Source: Clostridia bacterium
GTDB lineage: Bacteria > Bacillota > Clostridia > Oscillospirales > Acutalibacteraceae
Reading direction: 5' to 3'
Assembly: GCA_017548045.1 (NCBI GenBank)
Contig: JAFYNR010000010.1
Coordinates: 35,271 to 99,270 of the forward strand
Length of the DNA: 64,000 bases
The first letter of the stretch is position 1. The number at the start of each line of letters is the position of its first letter. The translations under genes were made by a program, and so were the position numbers. Below, piece by piece: positions 47,945 through 58,398 of the stretch. Under the pieces are notes generated by a model that ran no database searches, had not been told where the DNA came from, and was given only the letters and a program-made list of their open reading frames with translations.

Positions 47945-48877
47945 ATGGAAATAATCAGAAAAGAATACACCGTGCCTTCAAAATGCGGCATTGCGGATAT
48001 CTATGCAAGGTGCTGGATGCCTGACGACGGCGTAAATGCGATTTTTCAGATTTCTCACGGTATGGCGGAGCACGGCGAAAGATATGAGGATTTTGCATCT
48101 TACCTTTGCAGCAAAGGCTTTGCCGTTGTTGTTGAAGACCATATGGGTCACGGCAAATCAATAAACTCTGACGACGATCTGGGCTATTTCGGCGAAAACA
48201 ATGGTTGGGATACTCTGGTTGAAGATGAAAGAGCCGTAACAGAGCTTATGAAATCAGAATTCCCCGACATACCTGTTATCTTTTTCGGTCACAGTATGGG
48301 CTCGTTTGTTGCAAGGGAATACATCCTCCGCTACGGCAACGATGAAAAAATAAAGGGTGCAATCTTCTGCGGCACAAGCGGAAAAAATCCCGCCGCCGCA
48401 GTGGCAATTCACCTTGCGGATGCAATCGCAAAAGCAAAGGGCGGCAGACATCGCAGTGAATTTATCAACAAAATGGCTTTCGGTCCGTACAATATGAAAA
48501 CAGAAAAAAGAACGGCTTTTGACTGGCTTTCAACCGATAACGGTCAGATTGACAAATACGTTGCCGATAAATACTGCGGTTTTGTTTTCACTGCCGCAGG
48601 CTACAAGGATCTTTTCACAATTCTCACAAAGGTTTCGGGCAAGGATTGGTATGCAAAGCTTCCCGAACTTCCCATCCTTCTCCCTGCAGGCGATATGGAC
48701 CCCGTAGGCAATTACGCTAAAGGCGTAAAGCAGGTATATAACGACCTCATTCAGGCAGGACACAAGGACGTTACAATCAAGATTTACCCCGGTATGCGCC
48801 ACGAGGTTCTCAACGAGGTTGAAAACAAAAAGGTTTATGAGGATATTGCCGCCTGGGCACTTTCAAAGATAAAATAA
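47945..48877 (+). CDS. Lysophospholipase-type alpha/beta hydrolase
   Basis: HGMAEH..RY, DHMGHG, GHSMG, DPVG, RHEVLNE. Confidence 0.88.
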   Translation: MEIIRKEYTVPSKCGIADIYARCWMPDDGVNAIFQISHGMAEHGERYEDFASYLCSKGFAVVVEDHMGHGKSINSDDDLGYFGENNGWDTLVEDERAVTELMKSEFPDIPVIFFGHSMGSFVAREYILRYGNDEKIKGAIFCGTSGKNPAAAVAIHLADAIAKAKGGRHRSEFINKMAFGPYNMKTEKRTAFDWLSTDNGQIDKYVADKYCGFVFTAAGYKDLFTILTKVSGKDWYAKLPELPILLPAGDMDPVGNYAKGVKQVYNDLIQAGHKDVTIKIYPGMRHEVLNEVENKKVYEDIAAWALSKIK

Positions 48878-48884
48878 AACAGCA

Positions 48885-48926
48885 AAAAACGGAGGCACTT
48901 CTGAAATGTGAAGTGTCTCCGTTTTA
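48885..48926. terminator. Bidirectional terminator
   Basis: AAAACGGAGGCACTTC...GAAGTGTCTCCGTTTT. Confidence 0.7.
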
Positions 48927-48936
48927 ATTTAATCTT

Positions 48937-50412
48937 TTACTGTGCAGGAGTTTGTTCCTGTGAGGTGCTTTCACCCTCATTGGCCGCAGGCTGCTGCTCT
49001 GACTGAGAAGCGGTTTCGGTCTGTGTCTGAGTTGTTTGAGCTTCGGTTGTTGATGTTTCCTCTGCGGTTGTGCCTACTGCCTCTGTTGTTGACTGAGCTT
49101 CGGTTGTTGTTTCTTCAGCCTCAGTGGTTGTGGGCTTCTTTGTGGTGGTAGGCTTCTTGGTTGTTGAGGGTCTTTTGGTGGTTGTGGGTTTTTTGGTTGT
49201 GGACTCTGTTGTTGACTCCTCTGTTGTGCTTTCGCTTGTGGATTCAAGAGGCCAGGTTTCGATACCGCTTGTAGGCTCGGCATACTGCGGATAAGTAGCA
49301 ACATTCTGATATGACGTTGTGCCCGAGCTTGTTGTATTATCGTCACTGCCGTTGCCGCCCACAAAAGCCTTTATAAGGAGTGCCGCAATAACGATGAGCG
49401 CTATCGCACCCACGACTATACCTGCAATTTTGAGTAGCTTCGCCTTGTTTGCGGTTCTGTCATAAATTCTTGCGTCTGCGTTGGCATAGGGTGAAATCTC
49501 GTTATCATCATCGGGCATTTCGTTTGTGCCGAAGCTGTTACGGTATTCATCCTCATAATCCGCATCGCTTTCACCCACCATTGCCGCCGCAATAGGTGCA
49601 AAAATCGCAGTTTCTTCAACATTAAGGAATGCCACCATAACGGAAATATTATCCTTACCGCCGTTTTCGAGAGCCCTGCGGATAAGCTTGCTTGCCGCCG
49701 CCTGAGAGCTTTCGGCAGTTGAGAGAATGGCAGTTATTTCGCCGTCATCAAGCATATCGGTAAGGCCGTCACTGCAAAGCAGAATAACGTCGCCGTCGTC
49801 AACGTCGTCAACAACGCTTATGTTGGGCGAAAGGTTACCCTCATCGGGAAAAACGCCGAGATGCCTGGTAAGCCTTTTTGCATCGGGAATACGTCCAATA
49901 TTATCCTGCGAAACCTCGCCTGCATCAACGATTGTCTGAGCGTGGGTATGGTCAAAGCTTATCTGCTCAAGCAGACCCTTTGAGTAATGATACACTCTTG
50001 TGTCACCGATATTGACGCAGTAAACCTTACCCTTGACGGCATAGATTGACGCAAGGGTTGTCCCCATACGCTTACCCTTTGCGTTGATTTCGGCGCAGAT
50101 GCGGCTGTTGGCATCCTCAAGGCAGTTTGCGATTGCAAAGCTGAAATCCTCACCGCTTTCATATACGTTTGAAGCGTGAGCCGCGATAGTTTCAACGGCA
50201 ATGCCCGAAGCAAGCTCGCCGTAGCTCTCACCGCCCATACCGTCGCAAACGGCAAGGTGGAAGGGCTCTGACATACTCTGCACGAAGGCTGAACCTTTTT
50301 TTAGGTCGCCCGTAGAGGTCATTCTGCCGTTCAGATCGTAATTATCTTCATTTTCTTTTCTTATTCTGCCTGCGTGAGTTACCGCACAGACGGATGCTCT
50401 GATTTTTTTCAT
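48937..50412 (-). CDS. PP2C/PPM Ser/Thr phosphatase with a TM helix and Thr-rich extracellular tail
   Basis: GRIR.ENED, VCDGMGG, MGTT, NIGDTR, LLCSDGL, GGKDNIS; TM segment IAGIVVGAIALIVIAALLI; low-complexity C-terminus. Confidence 0.88.
   Translation of the reverse strand: MKKIRASVCAVTHAGRIRKENEDNYDLNGRMTSTGDLKKGSAFVQSMSEPFHLAVCDGMGGESYGELASGIAVETIAAHASNVYESGEDFSFAIANCLEDANSRICAEINAKGKRMGTTLASIYAVKGKVYCVNIGDTRVYHYSKGLLEQISFDHTHAQTIVDAGEVSQDNIGRIPDAKRLTRHLGVFPDEGNLSPNISVVDDVDDGDVILLCSDGLTDMLDDGEITAILSTAESSQAAASKLIRRALENGGKDNISVMVAFLNVEETAIFAPIAAAMVGESDADYEDEYRNSFGTNEMPDDDNEISPYANADARIYDRTANKAKLLKIAGIVVGAIALIVIAALLIKAFVGGNGSDDNTTSSGTTSYQNVATYPQYAEPTSGIETWPLESTSESTTEESTTESTTKKPTTTKRPSTTKKPTTTKKPTTTEAEETTTEAQSTTEAVGTTAEETSTTEAQTTQTQTETASQSEQQPAANEGESTSQEQTPAQ
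49124..49195 (-). repeat. Four imperfect 18-bp tandem repeats encoding (K-K/R-P-T/S-T-T)
   Basis: GTGGTTGTGGGCTTCTTT-like units inside the PP2C tail. Confidence 0.7.
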
Positions 50413-50438
50413 ATATCCCCCGTTAATTTCGGGCAATC

Positions 50439-51332
50439 TTATTTAAGAATACCCTCTTCTTTTGCCCAATCGTACCATACTTCGATTGAACGCTTTCTGC
50501 AAGGACTGAGCTCGTGCGAGCCTCTTGTGTACCAATCCATATTGATACCGCGAAGGCCTACAAGGTACTTTGCGCTTGCGTTGAAGCCTGAATCAATGCA
50601 GTTATCAAGTGCGATAATGTGCTGATGAGTCTTTCTTGCAGCTTCGGTATCGCCCTTTGTGAATTCATCCCACATCTTTACAAAAAGGTCTGCACCGCAG
50701 GATGTGGGAGTTGCAACAACGCCTCTTGCACCTGCAAGGTATGAATCGTAAAGGTAAGGAATGTTAGCCTGAAGCACGTTTGAATCGCCCTGAACGGCAA
50801 TCTTCTGCTTGATATCGGTAAGCTTGCAGGTTGTATCCTTGATACCCATAAACTTGCCTGTTTCTGCGAGTCTGCCGTATGTAACGCTGTCCATAAGGTG
50901 AGGTCTGAGACCGGGGAACTCATAGAGAACGATGGGAAGCTCTGTATGTGAAGCCAGTGAGGTCATATAATCATACATTGCGTCGGGCTTGTCGCACATA
51001 CCCTTTGTTACGAAAACAAGGCCCTGAACACCCTGCTGCTCAAGCATTTTCATTTCTTCAATCTGAGCGTTGAAATCCGTTTCAAGGTTAGCGGTTGCAA
51101 AAACGGGAACGCCGTCTGAATTCTTAACTGCAAGACCTGCACACTTGATTCTTTCTTCAAGAGTAAGCTCCATCATTTCCGATGAGCCGCAGACTGCGAA
51201 AAGATGCTGAGGCTTGAACGCTGCCTGCCATGCAACATATTCTTCGTATGTTTTGTAGTTGATTGTTCTGTCCCAATTAAAAGGAGTGAGAAGCAGTGAA
51301 TATACACCTGAAAATTCGTTGAACTGTGACAT
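50439..51332 (-). CDS. DHDPS/NAL-family class I aldolase/dehydratase
   Basis: LLTPF, CGSSEM, VLYEFP, GIKDT (Schiff-base Lys); GTTGE motif diverged, so not a true DapA. Confidence 0.8.
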   Translation of the reverse strand: MSQFNEFSGVYSLLLTPFNWDRTINYKTYEEYVAWQAAFKPQHLFAVCGSSEMMELTLEERIKCAGLAVKNSDGVPVFATANLETDFNAQIEEMKMLEQQGVQGLVFVTKGMCDKPDAMYDYMTSLASHTELPIVLYEFPGLRPHLMDSVTYGRLAETGKFMGIKDTTCKLTDIKQKIAVQGDSNVLQANIPYLYDSYLAGARGVVATPTSCGADLFVKMWDEFTKGDTEAARKTHQHIIALDNCIDSGFNASAKYLVGLRGINMDWYTRGSHELSPCRKRSIEVWYDWAKEEGILK

Positions 51333-51525
51333 TAAAAGCACCTTCTTGTTGTATTTTGGCTTTCGCCCATCATTGATTGAATTATATCGCAGTTATTTTG
51401 AAAAATCAATAGGTTAAACAACATTTAAGATAATATTAAAACATATTTTACACTTTATTTTGTGTTGACTTTTCTCTCCGATATCAATATACTTGATTGT
51501 AGTACAAAAGCAACGGAGATATCGA

Positions 51526-52878
51526 ATGAATTCACAAAAAGGATTTTTTAAAAATATGGTGAAGCTGGCACTGCCCATTGCATTGCAGCAGCTTCTTGTT
51601 TCCTGTGCTCAGCTTGTTGACACCGCTATGGTGACGGGTCTGGGCAACGTCGTTGTATCCTCCGTGGGTGTTTCATCAAGATGGATATTCCTTATGAACC
51701 TTTTTTATTTCGGAATTTCATCGGGCACGGCGGCAATGATAGCCCAGTTCTGGGGCGCCAAAGAAAAGGACAGCATCCGCAAATCCTACGGCATCGCCCT
51801 GATTTTCGGTGCGGTTGTGGCGGTTATGTTCACGGTGCTGATGTTCTTTTTCCCCGACCTGCTTACAAGAGTTTTTACCTCGGAGCAGGCAGTTGTGGAA
51901 ACCGCACCTCAATATATGAGAATCGTTGCCTTTATTGCACCGTTTGCGGCATTCAACCAGGTAACCTGCGTTGCGCTCAGGTCAACGGAAAGAGTAAACC
52001 CTCCCCTTTACACTTCGGTTATTTCGGTTGCACTCAACACATTCCTCAATTACGTTCTCATTAACGGCAAGCTGGGTCTGCCTGCAATGGGTATAAAGGG
52101 TGCGGCAATCGCCACGCTTACCTCAACGGCGGTGCAGACAATATTGCTTTTTGCCGTAATCCGTACGTCAAAGGATATTTACAACGCAAAATTCAGAGAA
52201 TTCTTTACGTTCACCAAAAACTTTTTCCGCAGATTTTCGGTGGTATGTCTTCCCGTCGTGCTTAACGAGGTTGCCTGGGCGGCAGGCACAAACATCTATT
52301 CAATGGTGTTTGCAAGGCAGGGCAGCGAAGCCTATGCAGGCTACACCATATTCAGCTCAATCGAGCAGATTGCCTTTGTTTTCTTTGTAGGTATCTGCCA
52401 CGCCTGCTCCATTATGACGGGCAAAACCATCGGCGAAGGAAATGAAGGCGGTGCATACAGGCTTGCAAAAAAGTTTCTTATTATGACACCCCTTACCGGC
52501 ATTGTAACCGGCACAATCCTTGCACTGTCACGAAACCATCTGCTTTCGCTTCTCAACATCGAAACTCAGGCGGCATTCGACCTTGCGTCAAGCCTTATCC
52601 TGCTTTACTGTATGTGGCTGCCCTTCAGAAATATTCCCTATACCCTTATAGTGGGCACCTTCCGTGCAGGCGGCGACACAAAAATCGGAATCGTTTACGA
52701 CCTTATTTCTCTTTACGTTCTGGGCGTGCCTGCGGTGGCATATCTGGGGCTTGTGGCAAAGGTTGATTTTATTTATCTTCTGCTTGCAATGTATCTTTGC
52801 GAGGATGTTCTGAAAATCACTCTCACCCTTTTCAGATTCAGAAGCAAAAAGTGGATAAGAAATCTTACAACACAGTGA
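51526..52878 (+). CDS. MATE family efflux transporter
   Basis: LALPIALQQ, VDTAMV, AQFWGA, GIKGAAIAT, RAGGD; 12 TM. Confidence 0.92.
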   Translation: MNSQKGFFKNMVKLALPIALQQLLVSCAQLVDTAMVTGLGNVVVSSVGVSSRWIFLMNLFYFGISSGTAAMIAQFWGAKEKDSIRKSYGIALIFGAVVAVMFTVLMFFFPDLLTRVFTSEQAVVETAPQYMRIVAFIAPFAAFNQVTCVALRSTERVNPPLYTSVISVALNTFLNYVLINGKLGLPAMGIKGAAIATLTSTAVQTILLFAVIRTSKDIYNAKFREFFTFTKNFFRRFSVVCLPVVLNEVAWAAGTNIYSMVFARQGSEAYAGYTIFSSIEQIAFVFFVGICHACSIMTGKTIGEGNEGGAYRLAKKFLIMTPLTGIVTGTILALSRNHLLSLLNIETQAAFDLASSLILLYCMWLPFRNIPYTLIVGTFRAGGDTKIGIVYDLISLYVLGVPAVAYLGLVAKVDFIYLLLAMYLCEDVLKITLTLFRFRSKKWIRNLTTQ

Positions 52879-52888
52879 GGTGTCAGGA

Positions 52889-54163
52889 ATGAATTTTCAC
52901 GGAATTGAACTTATAAAGCAACCCACCGCTGAAAAATATCACTGCGGCAAAGGCTGTGAAATGCTGCTTTTCGGCGGATGCACAAGGCAGGAATTTGACC
53001 GTCAGTGCGAATTGATTTCTCAAAACGGGAATATGCTCTATGCCGAAAACGAAATAAAGGGTAATATTTTCAGAACCTACGTTTCAAATAAGCCCATGCA
53101 TCAGATTCACGCTTATTACTGCGAAAACGAGGGCAGGATGCGTATCGTTGCAGACCCCAACAATAACATTTTTGCAAAATTGCCCGAAGGCTGTCCCGTC
53201 ACTCATACCACTACTCTGTGGCAATTCGAGGTTGACCACAGCCTGATTGACTGCGGTATGTGCCTTATTATCCGTTGCTGCGACGGCAGCTTCTTCGTAA
53301 TCGACAGTGCCCATATGTATTCGGTTAACGATGACGTAAGAATAATCGAATTTCTCAAAAAGCAGACGGGAGGCAGAAAGCCTGTTGTTGCAGGCTGGTT
53401 TTTCTCCCACGCACACGAGGATCACGTTTGCAAATTCCTCGATATCGTTGAGTATCACCGCAGTGAAATCGATATTGAGAAGGTTTATTATAACTTCCCT
53501 GCGGCAGATAACAAAGATAACATATACTGGGGCGAATGCGGAATTGCGGTGCTTGAAAGATTTGAAGCCGTTATGGCGGCAAATCCCGATATAAAATGCA
53601 TCAATCTTCATTCGGGTCAGCGTTTTTACGTGCGTAACCTTGAATTCACCGTGCTTTGCACTCACGAGGACGTATATCCCAAGCCCTTTGAGGATTTCAA
53701 CAACACCTCAACAGCACTTATGCTTTCGGTTGACGGCAGTAAGGTGCTTCTTCCCGGCGACTGCTCCGTTGAAAGCGACAGGGTTATGGTTCCCCGATGG
53801 GGTGATTACCTTGAATGCGACGTTGTTCAGGTTTCGCATCACGGTCATACGGGTACATCCCCCGAATTCTACCGCCTTGCAGATGCGGAATGCGCTCTTT
53901 TTGCCGTAACGGAAATAAAATATGACGAGGAATATCCCCGTCAGGAAGCAAACAGAGTTGCGGTTCAAATCGCAAAGGAATATTACATTGCATCAAACGG
54001 TGCGGTTGAAATCCCCCTGCCCTACAAATACGGCAATACAAAGCTTTATCCCGATGAAACCTTTGAGGATTTTAACGGCATTTTTCAGCTCTGGACATAC
54101 GAATACACAGACGAATATAAAGAAAAGCTCTATAAGGAATTCCTTGAAAGAAGCGGAAGATAA
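52889..54163 (+). CDS. Metallo-beta-lactamase-fold hydrolase (ComEC/Rec2-like)
   Basis: FVIDS, SHAHEDH, NNTS, PGD, VSHHG motifs. Confidence 0.75.
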   Translation: MNFHGIELIKQPTAEKYHCGKGCEMLLFGGCTRQEFDRQCELISQNGNMLYAENEIKGNIFRTYVSNKPMHQIHAYYCENEGRMRIVADPNNNIFAKLPEGCPVTHTTTLWQFEVDHSLIDCGMCLIIRCCDGSFFVIDSAHMYSVNDDVRIIEFLKKQTGGRKPVVAGWFFSHAHEDHVCKFLDIVEYHRSEIDIEKVYYNFPAADNKDNIYWGECGIAVLERFEAVMAANPDIKCINLHSGQRFYVRNLEFTVLCTHEDVYPKPFEDFNNTSTALMLSVDGSKVLLPGDCSVESDRVMVPRWGDYLECDVVQVSHHGHTGTSPEFYRLADAECALFAVTEIKYDEEYPRQEANRVAVQIAKEYYIASNGAVEIPLPYKYGNTKLYPDETFEDFNGIFQLWTYEYTDEYKEKLYKEFLERSGR

Positions 54164-54194
54164 AATTCAAAACATACTTCAACCGTATAAAGCC

Positions 54195-54234
54195 AAACGA
54201 GTGATACACCGCAAAGTGCATCACTCGTTTTTTT
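54195..54234. terminator. Bidirectional terminator
   Basis: AAACGAGTGAT...ATCACTCGTTT followed by T-run. Confidence 0.7.
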
Positions 54235-55396
54235 ACATCTGTTCAAGAATATACTGTTTTACATCCTCCAGCTTGCTTTTTTTCCATTCTCCGCTTTCCG
54301 CTTTTTCGGCAAGAGGGCAAAGAATAAAGAAATCAAGGGTTTCCCCCGGCACACGTCCCGTTCTCAGAGGCTCTGCAAAATGCTCTGCCCATTCTTCTTC
54401 CGTGGCATTCGCAAACCTGTCGGGGTTAAGATAAGCCATCTGCCGCTTTGTGGCGGCAATATGCATTTTAACAGACAAAGGTGAGAGCAGATTGAATTCT
54501 TCCTCCTGCACATCGGTGAAAATTCTCGGCAGCGGTGCTTTCACAACATGTTCGGGGCCTCGGAGAATTTCAAGGCCCATAGGCTCCCAGGTATATTCTG
54601 TTTCGGTGAAATTTATTTTCACAAGCAGACCCAGCTCCGTATTGAACTGCGAGCGCTGATAATCCGTGTCAAAAATGAAATTACCCAGGGAATAGAAAAT
54701 TATCTTATCCCCCACCGTTTCGTAATTCATGGGCACGTGAGGATGATGGCCTATAACCATATCCGCACCCATTTCAAGATAAAGCCGGTATCTCTCTCTT
54801 GTATAAGGCGAGGGAAGCGGAGTGAATTCTTCGCCTGCGTGGGCAACCACGATACACCATCGGCACTGCTTTTTGATTTCATTTATGGTATTCCGAATCT
54901 GGTCAAGATCGCTCCAGCTGTAACAGCCCGCCTTGTTTTCGTCGGCTTTACGGCAGGCACGCTGATACCCTACGCCGAACATTCCGATTCCGCCTGCTTC
55001 ATCAAGAATAACAGGGCGTCTTGCCTCGTGTATATCCATACCTGCACCTATGGTTTTTGCGCCGTTCTCCGCCGCAATTTCAAGGGTGCTCTTTATTCCG
55101 AATTCCCCTGCATCCATAATATGATTATTGCAGATATTCCAGATATCCGCATTCATTTTGTTGAGAACCTTAACCGCCTCGGGGTCGATTGTATGAAGAA
55201 GCTGCTTCACGCCGCCCTGAACCGTATTCTGTTCAACGGGTGCAACGGGACCTTCAACGTTTGCAATAACGTGGTCAGCACCGTGCAGAAAATCCAACAC
55301 ATCCGACGAGAGAAGGTTTTCATCATTCCACTGACCGTACATATATCTGTCAAAACCGATATCACCGGTAAAAACAAGGGTTGATTTTTCTTTCAT
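54233..55396 (-). CDS. CapA/PGA_cap family metallophosphoesterase
   Basis: FTGDI, ANVEG, NNHIMDAG, HAGEE, GHHPHV, YSLGNFIFD. Confidence 0.88.
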   Translation of the reverse strand: MKEKSTLVFTGDIGFDRYMYGQWNDENLLSSDVLDFLHGADHVIANVEGPVAPVEQNTVQGGVKQLLHTIDPEAVKVLNKMNADIWNICNNHIMDAGEFGIKSTLEIAAENGAKTIGAGMDIHEARRPVILDEAGGIGMFGVGYQRACRKADENKAGCYSWSDLDQIRNTINEIKKQCRWCIVVAHAGEEFTPLPSPYTRERYRLYLEMGADMVIGHHPHVPMNYETVGDKIIFYSLGNFIFDTDYQRSQFNTELGLLVKINFTETEYTWEPMGLEILRGPEHVVKAPLPRIFTDVQEEEFNLLSPLSVKMHIAATKRQMAYLNPDRFANATEEEWAEHFAEPLRTGRVPGETLDFFILCPLAEKAESGEWKKSKLEDVKQYILEQM

Positions 55397-55406
55397 ATTT
55401 AACCTC

Positions 55407-55712
55407 TCAGAACCAAGCCGTCATTAATGAATAAACCAAAACGGAGTGACCGATATTAACGAGAACCACAGGCAACCACTGCCAATAAAAATGCTTATCC
55501 CTTACGGAACGCACCACCGCTGATATAATTATCGCAACAGGCATTACAAATGCGAAAAAAGGTGTAAGAATAATCACACTGTTGCCCGTAACCGATCTTA
55601 CCGCATAGTGAACCCATTCGGCATTGCTTATACAGAACACAAGTAAGGAATAAACCCAGTAAATAACCGTTGCGATGCAGAAAATCTTCAGTTCACCCCG
55701 AAGCCTTTTCAT
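55407..55712 (-). CDS. Small hypothetical membrane protein (about 3 TM)
   Basis: Hydrophobic ORF with AAGGAG RBS before 55712 and TATAAT upstream. Confidence 0.6.
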   Translation of the reverse strand: MKRLRGELKIFCIATVIYWVYSLLVFCISNAEWVHYAVRSVTGNSVIILTPFFAFVMPVAIIISAVVRSVRDKHFYWQWLPVVLVNIGHSVLVYSLMTAWF

Positions 55713-55873
55713 ATTTATCACTCCTTCGCATATTATAGCATACATATCGGAATATTGCAAACGGGTATATTTTTCGAATAAAATTTTAGGGTTCTGCAAG
55801 ATAATCACTCTTGCAAAACCCCTTGTCTTATTCTGTTTTATGCTGTCTGAGCTTTTTTACATTTCCTTGTTTT

Positions 55874-58234
55874 TTATGATGCTCTTTTGATAATTTTAAC
55901 GATACCCGTTGCGCCGTCAAGGCGAACGATATCACCGTTTTTAACCGTTGCCATAAGACTGTCAATACCTACAACGGCAGGTATACCAAGCTCTCTTGAG
56001 ATTATTGCGGTGTGTGAGAGGAGAGAACCCTTCTCGCTTACAACGCCCTTAGCCTCTGCCAGCAGAAATACCCAGCCGGGGTCCGTCATTTTGGTGATAA
56101 GTATTTTATCCTTCACACTGCTTACGTTTTTAACGTCCGTAACCACGCAGGCTTCGCCCTCAACAATTCCGTTGGAGCAAGGGACACCAAGCATTTCATC
56201 CTTACCCGAATGTACCTGAGTCATATTTACGCTTCTGTGGTTTTTATCAAAGGCTTCGCCGCTGAAAACAATCCTTGAATATGCAGGCAGCATCGAATAC
56301 ATTTCGTATTTCTGCTTTCGTGCCGTAACGGTATCTTTCATATCTCGTGGCATATCAGCAAGGGCACGCACCTCGTCAAGGGTAAGGTAAAACACATCTC
56401 TTTTTTCTGCAATATATCCTTTTTTCGCGTAAATTCCGCCCAGACGGAGCACTGCCTCTCTCACCATACCGAAAATACGGCTTCTGTTAAGCCGCTGAAT
56501 CTCTCTGTTGCCTATACCGAGCATACATCTGCCGCTGAGGAATTTTGTTACAGGGTCGTGTCTGAGGTCAATGCCGTTTTCGCAGGACTCGTCGAGAAGT
56601 GACAACAGCCTTTCTTTATCGGCGGCAAATTCATTTATTTTACGGTCAAAAAGCTCAAAATCGGTTCTGAAGGTTTCGGTTTCAAGCTTCAGCTCTTCAA
56701 GGCATCTGTCGCCGTAAACATCAATATATTCCTTGGCACGTCTGCGGTATTCGGCATGGCTGATTTTATCCCTGTCAGCGGCAATTCTTATCATTTCCCT
56801 GACAGGCTTCATGCTTTCAATATTCGAAATGCCCGATATATACGAATTGGCAAGCTCCTCGTGATTCTTATACTTCTTTTTGAGTCTAGCCTTCAGCAGA
56901 CCCGTAAAGATAAACGCATAAGTATCGTTAAGCAGAGTTATGCCCCAGCAGGAAAGAAGTCTGTCCTGAATTTTATCGAAAAGCTCAAGGATTTCAGAGG
57001 GTGACATATCCTCCTCAAACCTGCGGTAAACGTAGTTCTTGATTTCAATAAAGCTCTCGTTAAGTTTTTTCATATTGCGTGGAGTCATAATAAGCTCCGT
57101 CAGTGTATTCACATATACGGATGCTTTTACAAAAGGATTTATCTCGTTTTTCTTCTCATCGTATTCCTTATACTTTACACCCACAAGCTCCTGCCAGATT
57201 GCAATGATTCTTTTGCTGAAGGGCAGGAATTTTATTGCGGAATACCAGCTGTTGAGGTTATAATAAAGCCTTCCGTTTGCGTTGCCCACGGTATTTTCCA
57301 GAATATCGTAGCGTTTTTCAAGCTCCCTTTTGTTTTTGAGAAGCCGACGTCCCGCATCCTTGAAAACTCCGGCAAAAACCATATCCACAAACGAAATTGT
57401 CAGAGGCAGGCTGAGACCGGGATAGCTTTCAACAATGTTACTGTTATCAAAAAGCAAGGGCTCGCTGTCATCTATTGTGGTAATCGGGCGTGCCTGTAAA
57501 ATATAAATCTCACCGTTTTCCACGGCAAACTCAATATCCGCATAGGTGCAGACAAGACGGCGAACCATCTTTGAAAGGGCAATAAGCTTATGCACCTGCT
57601 CATCCGTCAGCAGATTTTCCTTGCCGTCGTAATAATAAATATTATCGGTAAGCGAGTAGTAATATGAGGTTGTGTCGATTTTATCGGACACCACGTTTTC
57701 ACCGAGTCCCCTGCCTGCAACAATTACGCTTTCGTTAAGAATTCCCTGAGGATTTGCGGTAAAAAGAATTCCCGATATTTCGGATTTCACCATTTTCTGA
57801 ACAATTACGTTCATTCGCAGAAGATTCAGGTCAAGACCTTTCTTTTCCATATAGGTCAGCACGTTTTCATTGTAAAGCGAGCATACACACTCAACGATTT
57901 TTCCACATACGTCTTTACGTTCAACGTTGAGAAAAGTATCAAACTGACCTGCGAAGCTGTTATCGGACGAATCCTCAACGCTTGATGATGAGCGCACCGA
58001 AAACAGCACTCCGTCAAGCGAAATATTCCAATCGCCTTTGACGGATTCTATGACCGCTTTTTTCAGAATACTGCTTTTTTCTGCCGCTGTTCTGCCTTTG
58101 CAAGCCGTCAGCGCCGCCTGAATTTTTTCTTTTGACGGTACAAGCTCATCAAACGAAAAGACCTCGAAATCAGGCACGGGCAGACCTGCATTTTTCATAA
58201 TTTTCAGATTTTCAATTTTACTGCCTAACGTCAT
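55874..58234 (-). CDS. PEP-utilising phosphotransferase with rifampicin-phosphotransferase (RPH)-like architecture
   Basis: N-terminal ATP-grasp (SVRSSS..ED....SFAGQF, ILQARPIT), central substrate domain, C-terminal His-swivel TDPGW...GSLLSHTAIISRELGIP. Confidence 0.82.
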   Translation of the reverse strand: MTLGSKIENLKIMKNAGLPVPDFEVFSFDELVPSKEKIQAALTACKGRTAAEKSSILKKAVIESVKGDWNISLDGVLFSVRSSSSVEDSSDNSFAGQFDTFLNVERKDVCGKIVECVCSLYNENVLTYMEKKGLDLNLLRMNVIVQKMVKSEISGILFTANPQGILNESVIVAGRGLGENVVSDKIDTTSYYYSLTDNIYYYDGKENLLTDEQVHKLIALSKMVRRLVCTYADIEFAVENGEIYILQARPITTIDDSEPLLFDNSNIVESYPGLSLPLTISFVDMVFAGVFKDAGRRLLKNKRELEKRYDILENTVGNANGRLYYNLNSWYSAIKFLPFSKRIIAIWQELVGVKYKEYDEKKNEINPFVKASVYVNTLTELIMTPRNMKKLNESFIEIKNYVYRRFEEDMSPSEILELFDKIQDRLLSCWGITLLNDTYAFIFTGLLKARLKKKYKNHEELANSYISGISNIESMKPVREMIRIAADRDKISHAEYRRRAKEYIDVYGDRCLEELKLETETFRTDFELFDRKINEFAADKERLLSLLDESCENGIDLRHDPVTKFLSGRCMLGIGNREIQRLNRSRIFGMVREAVLRLGGIYAKKGYIAEKRDVFYLTLDEVRALADMPRDMKDTVTARKQKYEMYSMLPAYSRIVFSGEAFDKNHRSVNMTQVHSGKDEMLGVPCSNGIVEGEACVVTDVKNVSSVKDKILITKMTDPGWVFLLAEAKGVVSEKGSLLSHTAIISRELGIPAVVGIDSLMATVKNGDIVRLDGATGIVKIIKRAS

Positions 58235-58398
58235 TACTTTTGTCCCCTTTTCTTTATGTTTTTTATCCCCCGATGGTCTTTCGACCTTTCATAATATAAG
58301 TGTTGAAAAAGGAAACTTTTTGTTGCGGCAGAAATATTAAGGTTTCATTAAGAAAAAAGGTCTGCATGCAAAAGCATACAGACCGAAAAAATTCAATT

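Noticed and set aside
49124-49260. Short tandem repeats considered as a CRISPR or other array
   Set aside because: Degenerate in-frame coding repeats without spacers; no cas genes.
54548-55384. 278-aa antisense ORF inside the CapA-family gene
   Set aside because: Fully nested mirror-frame shadow ORF with atypical composition.
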